Source of the DNA: Candidatus Heimdallarchaeota archaeon
GTDB taxonomy: Archaea > Asgardarchaeota > Heimdallarchaeia > Heimdallarchaeales > Kariarchaeaceae
DNA length: 32,000 bases
Reading direction: 5' to 3'
Assembly (NCBI GenBank): GCA_030149205.1
Contig: JASBSB010000003.1
Coordinates: 330,001-362,000 of the forward strand
How positions within the stretch are numbered: the stretch's first letter is position 1; the number at the start of each line of letters is the position of its first letter. This document shows positions 1-9,340 of the stretch, piece by piece. The position numbers and the translations under genes were made by a program. The notes beneath the pieces are model-generated. The model ran no database searches. It saw only the letters and a program-made list of their open reading frames with translations, and had not been told where the DNA came from.

Positions 1-48
1 AATACCATAAGTAAGCTTTTCATCGCTAGAATTAGCTTCCTTGCTCAT
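1..48 (-). CDS. 5' end of a gene running off the left edge (MSKEANSSDEKLTYGI...), product unknown
   Basis: ATG at 48-46 on the minus strand, open to position 1 (16 codons), divergent from the Lrp gene. Too short to assign. Confidence 0.4.
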   Translation of the reverse strand, partial: MSKEANSSDEKLTYGI

Positions 49-256
49 AATAGAATCTAAATTAAGGTTTATTATAGGGTTTCTTTGTTGACTTGATATC
101 GTAACTATTATAAATTTCATCCATTTTTGAAAAAAAAGAAGATTCGAATTAAAAAAATTAAAAATATGCAAATTAAATTTCAAATAATTGAAAAATAGTC
201 TAAAAAATAAAAAAAAAATAAAGCATTTTCATTAATAAATTAGCTCATAAAATGAA

Positions 257-264
257 TTTATAAA
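257..264 (+). promoter_or_regulatory. Archaeal TATA box for the Lrp/AsnC gene (probably leaderless mRNA)
   Basis: TTTATAAA ends 22 nt before the ATG at 287. Confidence 0.55.
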
Positions 265-286
265 AGCTTGAGAAAAACTAAACAAA

Positions 287-772
287 ATGGATGTACCTGA
301 TGAATTAGATAAAAGAATCATTAGTGAACTGAGAAAAGATTCTCGGAAAAGTGTTCGAGATTTAGCTAAGGGGCTGGGAGAATCACCAAGTACTATTTAC
401 AACAGAAGAAAAAGGTTAGAAGAAAGAGGAATTATAAAAAATTTCACTGTACATTTGGATTACAAAAAAATTGAACTAGCTTATGTTAGCTTCTTACTCT
501 TCAAGGTAAATTTGGATCACGAGAAGCGGATCCGAGATGTGGCATCAGAATTACAAAAACTCGACTCTGTGTATGAGGTTCATATAATTACAGGACAGTA
601 CAATATTATGGCTAAATTTAGAACTAACTCCCCCGAGGAATTAAGCAAATTAATTTTGGATCAAATTAACTCCATTAAGGGGATTATTGAAATTGAAACT
701 TTTTTGGTTCTAGAAACAGAAAAAGAAGAGAACGATGTGTTCAACCCGTTTAAAGGAATCCCTACACAGTAA
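287..772 (+). CDS. Lrp/AsnC family transcriptional regulator
   Basis: N-terminal HTH (LDKRIISELRKDSRKSVRDLAKGLGESPSTIYNRRKRLEERGIIK) and C-terminal RAM domain (VYEVHIITGQYNIMAKF), 161 aa. Confidence 0.92.
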   Translation: MDVPDELDKRIISELRKDSRKSVRDLAKGLGESPSTIYNRRKRLEERGIIKNFTVHLDYKKIELAYVSFLLFKVNLDHEKRIRDVASELQKLDSVYEVHIITGQYNIMAKFRTNSPEELSKLILDQINSIKGIIEIETFLVLETEKEENDVFNPFKGIPTQ

Positions 773-826
773 TCATCATAATGTGCAAAAAGAATCGAAT
801 TAATAAAGGCTTAACTCAAAGAACAA

Positions 827-1702
827 TTGAAGATGAGTGAGGACAACAAAATTAATACTCCTGTGGAACAGAACAAGTCCGCTAGACCCAGAGAAACAAA
901 GCTATTTGGAAGAGTTCACAACAACGATAACATAGCCTTTTTGAGAGAGAAAATACCAAATGATTTCGTTGACCTTACCCTCACAAGTCCACCGATTTAT
1001 GATGAAAATCTGTACACTAATACTGGTGGAGAAGGAGAATTCGGGTGGAAAACATTTGATCAATATCTTGCACACCTTTCAACGCTGTTGGAAGAGCTGT
1101 TCCGTGTTACTAAACCAGGAGGCATGCTAGTAGTAGAAACAATGTCTGGTCCAAATGAACATAAGAAGCAAATAAAGAAGCTATTCCCAATACCCGCTCG
1201 TATTACCCTATCAGCTTTGGAAAAACAATGGGAGTTTTGGGATGAGGTTATAATAGTTGGAATGCCAAATAATATAGTTTCCATTCCTAAACACTCTCCT
1301 CCTACGGCGCAAAACAAAATGATTCATAAACAATTATTGGTTTTCAGAAAACCTGGGAAGAAAAACCAATGTCGGAAAGCCAAAGGACATTATTTAAACT
1401 CAATCTGGACGATTACACCAAATAAGAGAGAAATGGAAAATTACGCAGATTATTCATACGGCATATTTTCTGAACACCTGATTAAGAGGGTTTTAAGTCT
1501 CTGGAGCTGCCAAAAAGACATTGTCTTAGACCCATTTGCGGGTACTGGACAGGTGATCCGTATAGGGAAAAAATTTAGAAGAAGAGTTTTTGGAATTGAG
1601 ATAGATCCAAAATTGGAAAAATATTGGGACGATATCAACAAACCAATTCAAAAAGTAAATGAACCTAAAGCTGATCAAAAACCAGATAAAGATACTACCT
1701 GA
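827..1702 (+). CDS. Site-specific DNA methyltransferase, N4-C/N6-A family, beta-class motif order; no cognate nuclease adjacent
   Basis: Motif IV-like DLTLTSPPIY precedes motif I DIVLDPFAGTG. Start is TTG at 827 or ATG at 833. Confidence 0.8.
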   Translation: MKMSEDNKINTPVEQNKSARPRETKLFGRVHNNDNIAFLREKIPNDFVDLTLTSPPIYDENLYTNTGGEGEFGWKTFDQYLAHLSTLLEELFRVTKPGGMLVVETMSGPNEHKKQIKKLFPIPARITLSALEKQWEFWDEVIIVGMPNNIVSIPKHSPPTAQNKMIHKQLLVFRKPGKKNQCRKAKGHYLNSIWTITPNKREMENYADYSYGIFSEHLIKRVLSLWSCQKDIVLDPFAGTGQVIRIGKKFRRRVFGIEIDPKLEKYWDDINKPIQKVNEPKADQKPDKDTT

Positions 1703-1735
1703 ATGAATAACACCTCTTATTAATCCATATTAAAG

Positions 1736-2401
1736 GTGGAATCCATGAGAGTTTTAACTTCCCAAATCAAGCCTTTCAGAGAGAAGTTAATAACCGTAAG
1801 AGCAGAAGCAGAAATCTATAACGGTACATATCTGGGAATACCTGTGATTATCAAGGTTAGAAAACCAAAGCTGTATAGAAACTCAATACTTGACAAAATC
1901 ATTAGAGAAAAAAGAACCGTCTATGAAGCGAGATTGTTGCAAATTTGCTACTCCGGAGGTATAAATGTACCAAGAGTTTATTTTGTTGATAAAGTTAACT
2001 CAACATTAGTTGAAGACCGAATTGAAGGTCAACAATTAAAGGAGAGAATAGATGATGAAAACTGGACTGAAGAGTTAATTAAATCATTTGGTATCTTGAT
2101 TTCAAAATTACATGGTAACAATATTATCCACGGGGATTTAACAACTTCCAACATATATGTAACCACTTCTGACATACCTTATTTAATTGATTTTGGTCTT
2201 GGAAAGGTTTCGAAAAAAATTGAGGATAAAGCAGTTGATTTGAATGTCCTATATAGAGCTTTAGAAAGTACTCACCCAGAAAATTGGAATGAAATTTGGA
2301 CTGTTTTTGAAAAGACCTATAAAAGCTCTAACAAAAGAGCGAAGTCAATACTTAAGAGGTTTAAAGAAATCGAAAATCGAGTGAGATACAAATCACATTA
2401 A
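1736..2401 (+). CDS. bud32: KEOPS complex kinase Bud32 (Kae1-associated, PRPK homolog)
   Basis: GAEA-like AEAEIY, K.R.PK.YR, RT..EAR, HGDLTTSNI, LIDFGL and EDKAVDL motifs. Start is GTG 1736 or ATG 1745. Its stop overlaps the convergent gene's stop (shared TTAA at 2398-2401). Confidence 0.92.
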   Translation: MESMRVLTSQIKPFREKLITVRAEAEIYNGTYLGIPVIIKVRKPKLYRNSILDKIIREKRTVYEARLLQICYSGGINVPRVYFVDKVNSTLVEDRIEGQQLKERIDDENWTEELIKSFGILISKLHGNNIIHGDLTTSNIYVTTSDIPYLIDFGLGKVSKKIEDKAVDLNVLYRALESTHPENWNEIWTVFEKTYKSSNKRAKSILKRFKEIENRVRYKSH

Positions 2402-3120
2402 TATCTCTGCTCTTTAATCCACAGCTTACCCTTTGACTTTAATGTGTCCAGATTCCTATAAGATAAGATTGAGACGAGAACCAACAACACCAAAACAGAA
2501 AGTATTGCAACGTAGCCAACGAATATTGAGGGGGTTAATATCAGATAGATTAATCCTTCTATAATAAGAACTAAAAACACAATCAATATTGAAGAATTCA
2601 AAAATCTGATCCTATCATTCATATACCTCTTGAAATGTTGAATTACTAGGATTATCTTTTCGTCATCCTCATTTTGCATAAACGTTTCTGGGTACTGTAC
2701 GCTATTAAATTTTTTAAGTTCCATATCAGTAAGTGAACTGACAACTATACTAAATACGAAGAGATTATAGGGGAGCAGTATGTTCTTGGATTTATCATAT
2801 GACAGTACTAAGCCTGCAATCAATATAATTATAATCCAAGTTCGAATCTCAAATATTCTACCTAGCCCACTTCTAGATTTTGAGAACAGATAAAGTGGTG
2901 TCTTCATCAAGGAAACTGGGTATGCGATAATTAAAGAGATAGCGAGATATACAACTGTTGAAAAGCCTCCAAGCGGTATGAAAGAAACAATAAAAATTTC
3001 ATAGGCAAAAACAAACGCAAAGAATTTTGTAGTGTTTCCCAATTTTGTCAGGAACTGAAATTGACTGTGAACCGAATTTATTAGGGAGTTATAATGTGCA
3101 TATGTTGACTGTGTTTCCAT
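2398..3120 (-). CDS. Hypothetical multi-pass membrane protein, last gene of the MoxR operon
   Basis: 240 aa with about 5-6 hydrophobic segments. The ATG directly follows the DUF58 stop (TAAATG). Confidence 0.7.
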   Translation of the reverse strand: METQSTYAHYNSLINSVHSQFQFLTKLGNTTKFFAFVFAYEIFIVSFIPLGGFSTVVYLAISLIIAYPVSLMKTPLYLFSKSRSGLGRIFEIRTWIIIILIAGLVLSYDKSKNILLPYNLFVFSIVVSSLTDMELKKFNSVQYPETFMQNEDDEKIILVIQHFKRYMNDRIRFLNSSILIVFLVLIIEGLIYLILTPSIFVGYVAILSVLVLLVLVSILSYRNLDTLKSKGKLWIKEQRY

Positions 3121-4383
3121 TTATGTATCCACCCTTTTATTCATTAATATTATTGATCTCTCTAATCCTATTGTAGGATCCCATGGGATTACCTTAATTC
3201 CTTTCTCAATCACCTTCTTTGTCTCAATACTAGATTTTGCCTTCTGAAAAACACTTGCTAAATACTCGTCAGGCTTGTTTATGTCAGTAGTGTATCCAAA
3301 GTTATCATAGATGGGGAGAAACAGGTTTACTCTCCCAAATCGTTGTAGTGTGTCTAGTACTATGTCAGCCGTCCAAAGATCTGTAAGGGATGAGAATAGA
3401 AGCACTTCATGATCACTTTCAACCTTGGAGCGAACCACATCAAGCCTTTGCTTAAAAATATTGAAATTTGTAATAGTGGTTTTATTCAGCTTTGCAAAAT
3501 CCTGACTTATATAGCGGAGCACTTCTCTATTTACAGTTGGCTTGTGGTAAACCATCACATCATTGATCACAAGCAAACCAGTTCGAGAAGATGTGTTCAT
3601 AAAAAAGGTGATCAACCCCATTAGAGTTTTCTTCATCAAATCTAACAACCCCACCTCTGTTCCGGTGAGATCGAGAACGATTATTATTTTTGATGGTCGG
3701 TCGATTTGAAATTCGTTGGTATGAAGTTTTTGATACTTAGCTGTTGCTTTCCAATTAATACGTCTAAGAGAATCAGAACTGTCATATTCACGAATTGACG
3801 TAAAATTCCAACCTTCACCAGTCAAACGAGATGTAAAGGGTGACCCTATAGACCGAAGATATTTTGCAACAAATGGTGAGGTCGTAAAGTTAATAGGATA
3901 CGGTAGAAGTATAATTTTATTAGTTACCCTTTGTGATTGAATGTTTTCGTGTAACTCACCTGCATCATGAGAGTAAATGATAGTTTCGGGAATTTCATAA
4001 ATTTTGGAAATTGGAAGAACCAGACTATAACTCAGTATAACCCTCTCTTGAGGAAATAATATACACTGTATAAAGTTTATACCTTCGGTAATCTGACCAA
4101 ATTTTGGAAATAAGTCTATTATTTCACCACGGAAAATCTTATCTGTTGGATTAAATATTTCCACTGAAATATCAATCTTATCTCGTGTGTGATAAGATTC
4201 TTTAGGTATCACTTTTTTTATAGATAATTCAGGTAATTCGTCTTGAATTAATATTCTATAGATTTGAACTGCAACTAAAACAGGGATACTTAAAAGGAAA
4301 AGGAAATCAAGATAAACTAAACCTAAGATAATCGATGTAAATATAAGCCAATTTAGATTAAAATAATCATGTGAAAATTTCAT
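3121..4383 (-). CDS. DUF58 domain protein (MoxR-associated, VWA-like)
   Basis: N-terminal TM helix, then GEGWNFTSIREYDSSDSLRRINWKATAK...LHTNEF and IIIVLDLTGT, the typical DUF58 signature. Confidence 0.85.
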   Translation of the reverse strand: MKFSHDYFNLNWLIFTSIILGLVYLDFLFLLSIPVLVAVQIYRILIQDELPELSIKKVIPKESYHTRDKIDISVEIFNPTDKIFRGEIIDLFPKFGQITEGINFIQCILFPQERVILSYSLVLPISKIYEIPETIIYSHDAGELHENIQSQRVTNKIILLPYPINFTTSPFVAKYLRSIGSPFTSRLTGEGWNFTSIREYDSSDSLRRINWKATAKYQKLHTNEFQIDRPSKIIIVLDLTGTEVGLLDLMKKTLMGLITFFMNTSSRTGLLVINDVMVYHKPTVNREVLRYISQDFAKLNKTTITNFNIFKQRLDVVRSKVESDHEVLLFSSLTDLWTADIVLDTLQRFGRVNLFLPIYDNFGYTTDINKPDEYLASVFQKAKSSIETKKVIEKGIKVIPWDPTIGLERSIILMNKRVDT

Positions 4384-4392
4384 TGGGTTTCC

Positions 4393-5355
4393 TCATTCAA
4401 CTCTTGGTGCCACAACATTGTGAGAAATTTGTTCAAGGATGGAAATCGCATTGTTCCCACTAACAAACTCTCCAGAACGAATTATGATTCTGTGTGATAG
4501 AACAGGAATCAAAACATCTTGAATATCTTGTGGGTTAACAAAGTCTCGTCCATGAACTAAGGCCCATGCTTTCGCAGCCTTGATCAACCCTAAAGATCCT
4601 CTCGGACTTGCCCCTACAGCGATCTTTGGATGATTCCTGGTCTCAGTAACGAGATTAATAACATACTGAATTATTGGTTCGCTAACATGGACATCTTCAT
4701 ACTCTTTTTGGAGTCTGATAATATCTTCGTTATTTGCCACTTGTTCTAAGGTTATCTCTTCTTGTTTACGTTCTAATCTACTGTTTATAACTTCGATTTC
4801 AGCATTTCTATCTGGATACCCCATATTTAATTTTAATAAAAATCTATCAAGTTGGGCTTCTGGTAATGCAAAGGTGCCCTCGTATTCGAGAGGGTTTTGT
4901 GTTGCTAACACTATAAATGGTTTGTCAAGTACATGACTGACTCCATCAATAGATACAGTTCCTTCTTGCATTGCCTCTAGCAAAGCAGATTGCGTTTTAG
5001 GTGTTGCTCGATTTATCTCATCAGCCAACAAGAGGTTAGTGAATATTGGACCTTTCCTTAATTCAAATTCTTGAGATCTCATATTAAAAAGTGAAACTCC
5101 ATTTACGTCAGCTGGGAGAAGATCTGGCGTAAATTGAATTCGTTTAAAGGTTAAGCCTAATGCTTGTGCAAATGAAGAAATCATCAGAGTTTTCCCTAAA
5201 CCTGGTAGATCTTCAAACAAGATATGACCATTAGAGATTATCCCCGTTAAGACAAAATCGATAACCTTGGGTTTTCCTTTGATAGCTTTTGCTACCTCTT
5301 TACGTATATCATTTATTATTACTTTAGTTTGATCTGATGTCATCGTATTCACCAT
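4393..5355 (-). CDS. moxR: MoxR family AAA+ ATPase
   Basis: GHILFEDLPGLGKT (Walker A), RIQFTPDLLPAD, LLADEINRA, ATQNPLEYEGTFALPEAQLDRF, GASPRG. The likely start is ATG 5343, which has a GGTGA SD upstream. Confidence 0.95.
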   Translation of the reverse strand: MVNTMTSDQTKVIINDIRKEVAKAIKGKPKVIDFVLTGIISNGHILFEDLPGLGKTLMISSFAQALGLTFKRIQFTPDLLPADVNGVSLFNMRSQEFELRKGPIFTNLLLADEINRATPKTQSALLEAMQEGTVSIDGVSHVLDKPFIVLATQNPLEYEGTFALPEAQLDRFLLKLNMGYPDRNAEIEVINSRLERKQEEITLEQVANNEDIIRLQKEYEDVHVSEPIIQYVINLVTETRNHPKIAVGASPRGSLGLIKAAKAWALVHGRDFVNPQDIQDVLIPVLSHRIIIRSGEFVSGNNAISILEQISHNVVAPRVE

Positions 5356-5890
5356 ATGTAATTGTGAGATTACTCACTGTGTTTATTTGAGAGGTCAACC
5401 CCTCAATTAATTCTTTAGAAATATATTCTTCACCTGGAAATATCCCTAAAAATTTTCTTTTATGTGGAAAAGCATTTAACCAAAGCTCAGGAGCATTAAG
5501 AAAAATTGCTAAATTTTTTTCTTGAATTATCGTCAATAGTCGATTGTAATCACTCCTTATCAAAATGAAGGTATCAAGTGGAATACCAAGCCTTGCAGAC
5601 AAAAGTTCTGAGAGAAGACTTCGAACTGTTTTCACTTTGTTCAAAACTGTGTTTGTCCTACTCAGTTGTCTTACAATCTCAGAAATATAAGAGGATTGAA
5701 TTTGAATCTCTCTATATACTGGGGATCGAAAATAAACATCGGGATCCCATTCATCTCCTTTCCGTAGATTAATGTAGTGATTAAAAAGGTACAACAATAA
5801 TAAGAAAGTGATTCCCCAGGTAAAAAGAAGGTAAACCTCCCAAGGAATTTGTGTTAAAATGTTTGTTGATTGTGGGGTTGGGTCAACCAT
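5324..5890 (-). CDS. Hypothetical protein with N-terminal TM helix (MoxR operon)
   Basis: 188 aa with TM WEVYLLFTWGITFLLLLYLF. TAATG stop-start coupling at 5890; overlaps the moxR start. Confidence 0.65.
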   Translation of the reverse strand: MVDPTPQSTNILTQIPWEVYLLFTWGITFLLLLYLFNHYINLRKGDEWDPDVYFRSPVYREIQIQSSYISEIVRQLSRTNTVLNKVKTVRSLLSELLSARLGIPLDTFILIRSDYNRLLTIIQEKNLAIFLNAPELWLNAFPHKRKFLGIFPGEEYISKELIEGLTSQINTVSNLTITYGEYDDIRSN

Positions 5891-6810
5891 TACTTTTCAC
5901 CTGCCTCCTGCTTTTCACCATCAAGTTCTGAAGAGAGGTCGATTTTAAGTTTCTTCATTACAAGTTTAATTTGTTCTGAAACATCCGCTGCTTCATTAAC
6001 ATCAGTATCAGTAATCATATGAGAGGAAAATCTGGCTTTCTCATAGATATTAGTTAATACATCAAAATAGTCAGACATTGGAGACCCAACAATTTCAATA
6101 ACCTCAAAGAGAAAACTTGTTGGGGTATACCATTTTGGTGCTTGACCAATTTTTCCCTCGATCCTGTAACAGGTATCTCTGTAAATTCTAAAAATCGATC
6201 TTTGTTTGGGGTCAGAAGACTCTGTATATTTCAATTGTTCCAAAATATTGACTTCATTGACTTCAGTCGTTGACTTTAAAATTGAATGAATTATTATCAC
6301 TAGTAATAAAATTGCAACCAAAAATACTGCTACATACATCCCCTGTAACAAAATGTCCCAAAAAGGGAGTGTGTTTCGTTGGTATACAGTAGTAGTAACC
6401 CTAGTGATAATTGGAAAGAGTGATGTTGGAGTTGGTGTTAGTGTTCCTCCGTTGCTAAGAACATCTGTAGGTTGTGATTGGGTAGGTGGAGTGGGTGTTG
6501 GGGGGGGAGAAGAAATTTGAAAGGTATTAACTAGGAACAGAGCTATCATTAATCCAATACCTAAAACTATTGGAAGAAATATCAGATCGCTTTTAGAATA
6601 TTCAAACCCAAAAAAGGTCAATGCTGCAACAAGTAGAACAAAAATGAAAATTCCCGCTGAAAAAATTAATGCGTTTATTCCTGTGAGGTCAATAAGCGAT
6701 TTTCCACCTGATTTTGATAAACTAATTAAAAATACTATAATAAAAAACAAAATAGCTGCTAACTGTATTGAATTTCGCATATCAAACTTGTTAGGCTTTA
6801 AAAGAGACAA
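5890..6810 (-). CDS. Membrane protein with Pro/Thr-rich loop and C-terminal DUF4129-like domain
   Basis: About 4 TM segments, linker SSPPPTPTPPTQSQPT, C-terminal IY...TP..F......L..IYEKARFS pattern. Start is TTG 6810 or ATG 6780. Confidence 0.65.
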   Translation of the reverse strand: MSLLKPNKFDMRNSIQLAAILFFIIVFLISLSKSGGKSLIDLTGINALIFSAGIFIFVLLVAALTFFGFEYSKSDLIFLPIVLGIGLMIALFLVNTFQISSPPPTPTPPTQSQPTDVLSNGGTLTPTPTSLFPIITRVTTTVYQRNTLPFWDILLQGMYVAVFLVAILLLVIIIHSILKSTTEVNEVNILEQLKYTESSDPKQRSIFRIYRDTCYRIEGKIGQAPKWYTPTSFLFEVIEIVGSPMSDYFDVLTNIYEKARFSSHMITDTDVNEAADVSEQIKLVMKKLKIDLSSELDGEKQEAGEK

Positions 6811-6961
6811 AAATGAACACTTAATTGCTCTTTTAGACCATTATTAAGGTTATGATTTGACGCACCTAAAAATATCTCTAAAAGTATCGTTAGGTTTACT
6901 GAAAAGCATCTAACTTAGACTTATAAGCGAAAAGCTAAAATCCGGCAGATAATGTAATTTT

Positions 6962-8266
6962 ATGAACCTCTATCAAATTTCTATTGATGATATAGATAGT
7001 GATCGAGGGGGTTGTACGACCTATACTTTGGTAAAAATCATTGCAAGTCTAAAGCGAAATGATAGTAGATTTAAGATTCTTGGATTCCCCAGGCTTGTCA
7101 GATTAAACCCTAATGTCCCTTATAAAACCAGAGGTAATGGGGCACTTTATGTAAAGTTTGAAAGTTTATTAACTCAGGATATCATCCTATCTATAGCCAA
7201 AAACGTTATAGAAGAGGATATTAAGAATTACGGGGAAAAATCACAGTCTCAACCCACACTGATTATTGCTTCGGGGGAGATTCAACCAAATGAAAGATAT
7301 TATAACGATAGCTTAACCAAGTTTCTCCTCAATGTAGATGACAGTTTGATTCAGAAAAATTATTTAATTTGGCCAAATAAAAAAAATCGTTCATTAGTTG
7401 GAACTTTAGCTGCTCTTCATGCGAATTTTTCTGATGACTGCAGCTACGAATTACTGGTGTATCGTACACCTGCCCAATACGGAAAAACAAGGATCATAGA
7501 CCAAAAGCAGTTAAAATCCCTTCAAAGTGAATTTAAGGACAGTTTATTTTCAAACTACGATCCAATTGAAGAAAGAGAATTAATTGCACCTTCGGGTTCT
7601 GATCCCATATATTTTGGTTTAAGAGGTGAAAACCCTGATCTTTTGAAAAAAATTATGTCTCAACTTAAATTGAATGAAAAAATACAATCCTCTATGATTT
7701 TCCAATCAAATCAAGGAACTGGAATTCATCTTGAGCATGTAAACAACGATCTTCAAGAATTTTCTGTTTTTTCATCTCTTATTATGATCCGAACGGAGCC
7801 CTTGAGTCACAAAGGGGGATATGTTACCTTTAGAGGGTGGGATCAATATTCAAATAACTCTCTGAAATTTATAGCTTTTGAGCCAACAAAAACTTTTCCC
7901 AAGCTATTTTCAAATCTAATACCAGGTGATCTAATCATGATTCATGGGAGTGTCAAACCTTCTACCTCAGAAAATACCATTTCAGTGGATGAAGTTTGTA
8001 TCATTAAGTTGGTTGATAAAATGATCTTATCGGCACCTTATTGTCCAAATTGTAAACACAGAACAACAAAAGCTGGCTGGAAAAAGGGATATAAATGTAA
8101 AACCTGTAGCTTTGCCACGAGAAACCCAAATGTTCTTAATGAACCTAGAGAGAATGTACCCCTTGGTCATTATTTACCAGTAAAATCAGCTCAAAGACAT
8201 CTTACTCGTCCTAGAGAAAGAGAATACAGGAGAAACAAGTTTGAGGGTTATAAAGCTAGGGGTTAA
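6962..8266 (+). CDS. tiaS: tRNA(Ile2) 2-agmatinylcytidine synthetase TiaS
   Basis: IDDIDS..GGCTTY, LVRLNPNVPYKTRGNGAL, NQGT, AFEPTK, C-terminal Zn ribbon CPNC...CKTC and RHLTRP. Confidence 0.93.
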   Translation: MNLYQISIDDIDSDRGGCTTYTLVKIIASLKRNDSRFKILGFPRLVRLNPNVPYKTRGNGALYVKFESLLTQDIILSIAKNVIEEDIKNYGEKSQSQPTLIIASGEIQPNERYYNDSLTKFLLNVDDSLIQKNYLIWPNKKNRSLVGTLAALHANFSDDCSYELLVYRTPAQYGKTRIIDQKQLKSLQSEFKDSLFSNYDPIEERELIAPSGSDPIYFGLRGENPDLLKKIMSQLKLNEKIQSSMIFQSNQGTGIHLEHVNNDLQEFSVFSSLIMIRTEPLSHKGGYVTFRGWDQYSNNSLKFIAFEPTKTFPKLFSNLIPGDLIMIHGSVKPSTSENTISVDEVCIIKLVDKMILSAPYCPNCKHRTTKAGWKKGYKCKTCSFATRNPNVLNEPRENVPLGHYLPVKSAQRHLTRPREREYRRNKFEGYKARG

Positions 8267-8290
8267 AAAACAAACTATTTTTAATATAAT

Positions 8291-9208
8291 ATGGAGCATC
8301 TAGAATCAAGCATTCAATTTTATGATCTAATTCAGATGTTTAATGCAGCGGTTCATCTAATTGAAACTAAAAGAGATTATCTTGATTCTATTAATGTATT
8401 TCCAGTACCTGATTCTGACACAGGATTAAATTTATTATTATCCCTTCGTTCAATAAGCATTGAATTAGAAAATAAGAAACCTCAGGATCTTATCAGTGTT
8501 AAATCTGCAATAAAGAAAGGGGCATTCTCAGGGGCTAAAGGTAATTCTGGAGTAATCTTGAGTCAATTCATTATTGGATTTGTTGATCATCTAGTGGAAC
8601 CAATGACTACTGAATCTTTTCGATCATCACTGATAAATGGATTTGAAAAGGCAGAAAAATCAATTTTAAACCCAGTTGAGGGTACCATGGTTACCGTAAT
8701 GAGAAAATGTAGGGACTTGGTGCAAGAATCTAAAGAAGAGACCATCCCTGATTTGGTGGAGGCAGTCTTTACTAATTCTCAAAAATATACCTTAGAAACC
8801 ATGGATGAACTGGATTTACTTAAAAAAGCTAAAGTTGTTGACTCCGGATCTTTAGGTCTGGTTTATGTTTTCCAATCATGGTTGAACACCCTAAATGGGT
8901 ATAAACACCGCTCATTAAGCTTTAACCTTGAGGAGTTTCACAATGAAATTGATGAAAAGAGCATAAATGAGCTCTCAAAGCAAAGATTCTGTTTGGAAGT
9001 TACAGTGAGTAGCACTGGATTTAATGAAGAGTTGTCATCGAGAATTTCTAAGCTTGGAGATAGTTATTTAGAAATTAAAGATAATGGATTTACGAAGTTC
9101 CATATTCACACAAATCAAGTCGAAAGGATCTACACAATATTTTCAGGTAGTATCTTAAAAATGAAGGTTGACGACATGTTAACCCAATCACAATTTTCAC
9201 ATAACTGA
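8291..9208 (+). CDS. DAK2/DhaL-domain protein, fatty-acid kinase FakA (YloV)-like, lacking the C-terminal domain
   Basis: INVFPVPDSDTGLN, GAKGNSGVILSQF, PVEGTM, VVDSG, then FCLEV...KFHIHTN. 305 aa. Confidence 0.85.
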   Translation: MEHLESSIQFYDLIQMFNAAVHLIETKRDYLDSINVFPVPDSDTGLNLLLSLRSISIELENKKPQDLISVKSAIKKGAFSGAKGNSGVILSQFIIGFVDHLVEPMTTESFRSSLINGFEKAEKSILNPVEGTMVTVMRKCRDLVQESKEETIPDLVEAVFTNSQKYTLETMDELDLLKKAKVVDSGSLGLVYVFQSWLNTLNGYKHRSLSFNLEEFHNEIDEKSINELSKQRFCLEVTVSSTGFNEELSSRISKLGDSYLEIKDNGFTKFHIHTNQVERIYTIFSGSILKMKVDDMLTQSQFSHN

Positions 9209-9311
9209 TGAACCCAAAATAATTACTAAATCTCTGTATTCGTATACTTAGTTAATTTCTATAGGGATTTTTAGATAAATTGTAACAAAAATCGATTTGA
9301 TATTAAAACAA

Positions 9312-9319
9312 TATAAATA
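9312..9319 (+). promoter_or_regulatory. TATA box for the TM-HEAT gene (probably leaderless)
   Basis: TATAAATA ends 21 nt before the ATG at 9341. Confidence 0.5.
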
Positions 9320-9340
9320 AATTTCAATTTAGATCAGTTA

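Noticed and set aside
125-225. A-rich low-complexity tract in the first intergenic region
   Set aside because: No periodic unit, spacer structure or ORF; not a CRISPR array or tandem repeat.
6962-7021. TiaS DDID in place of the usual DDTD
   Set aside because: The three catalytic Asp and the CTTY threonine are retained, so it is probably a neutral variant.
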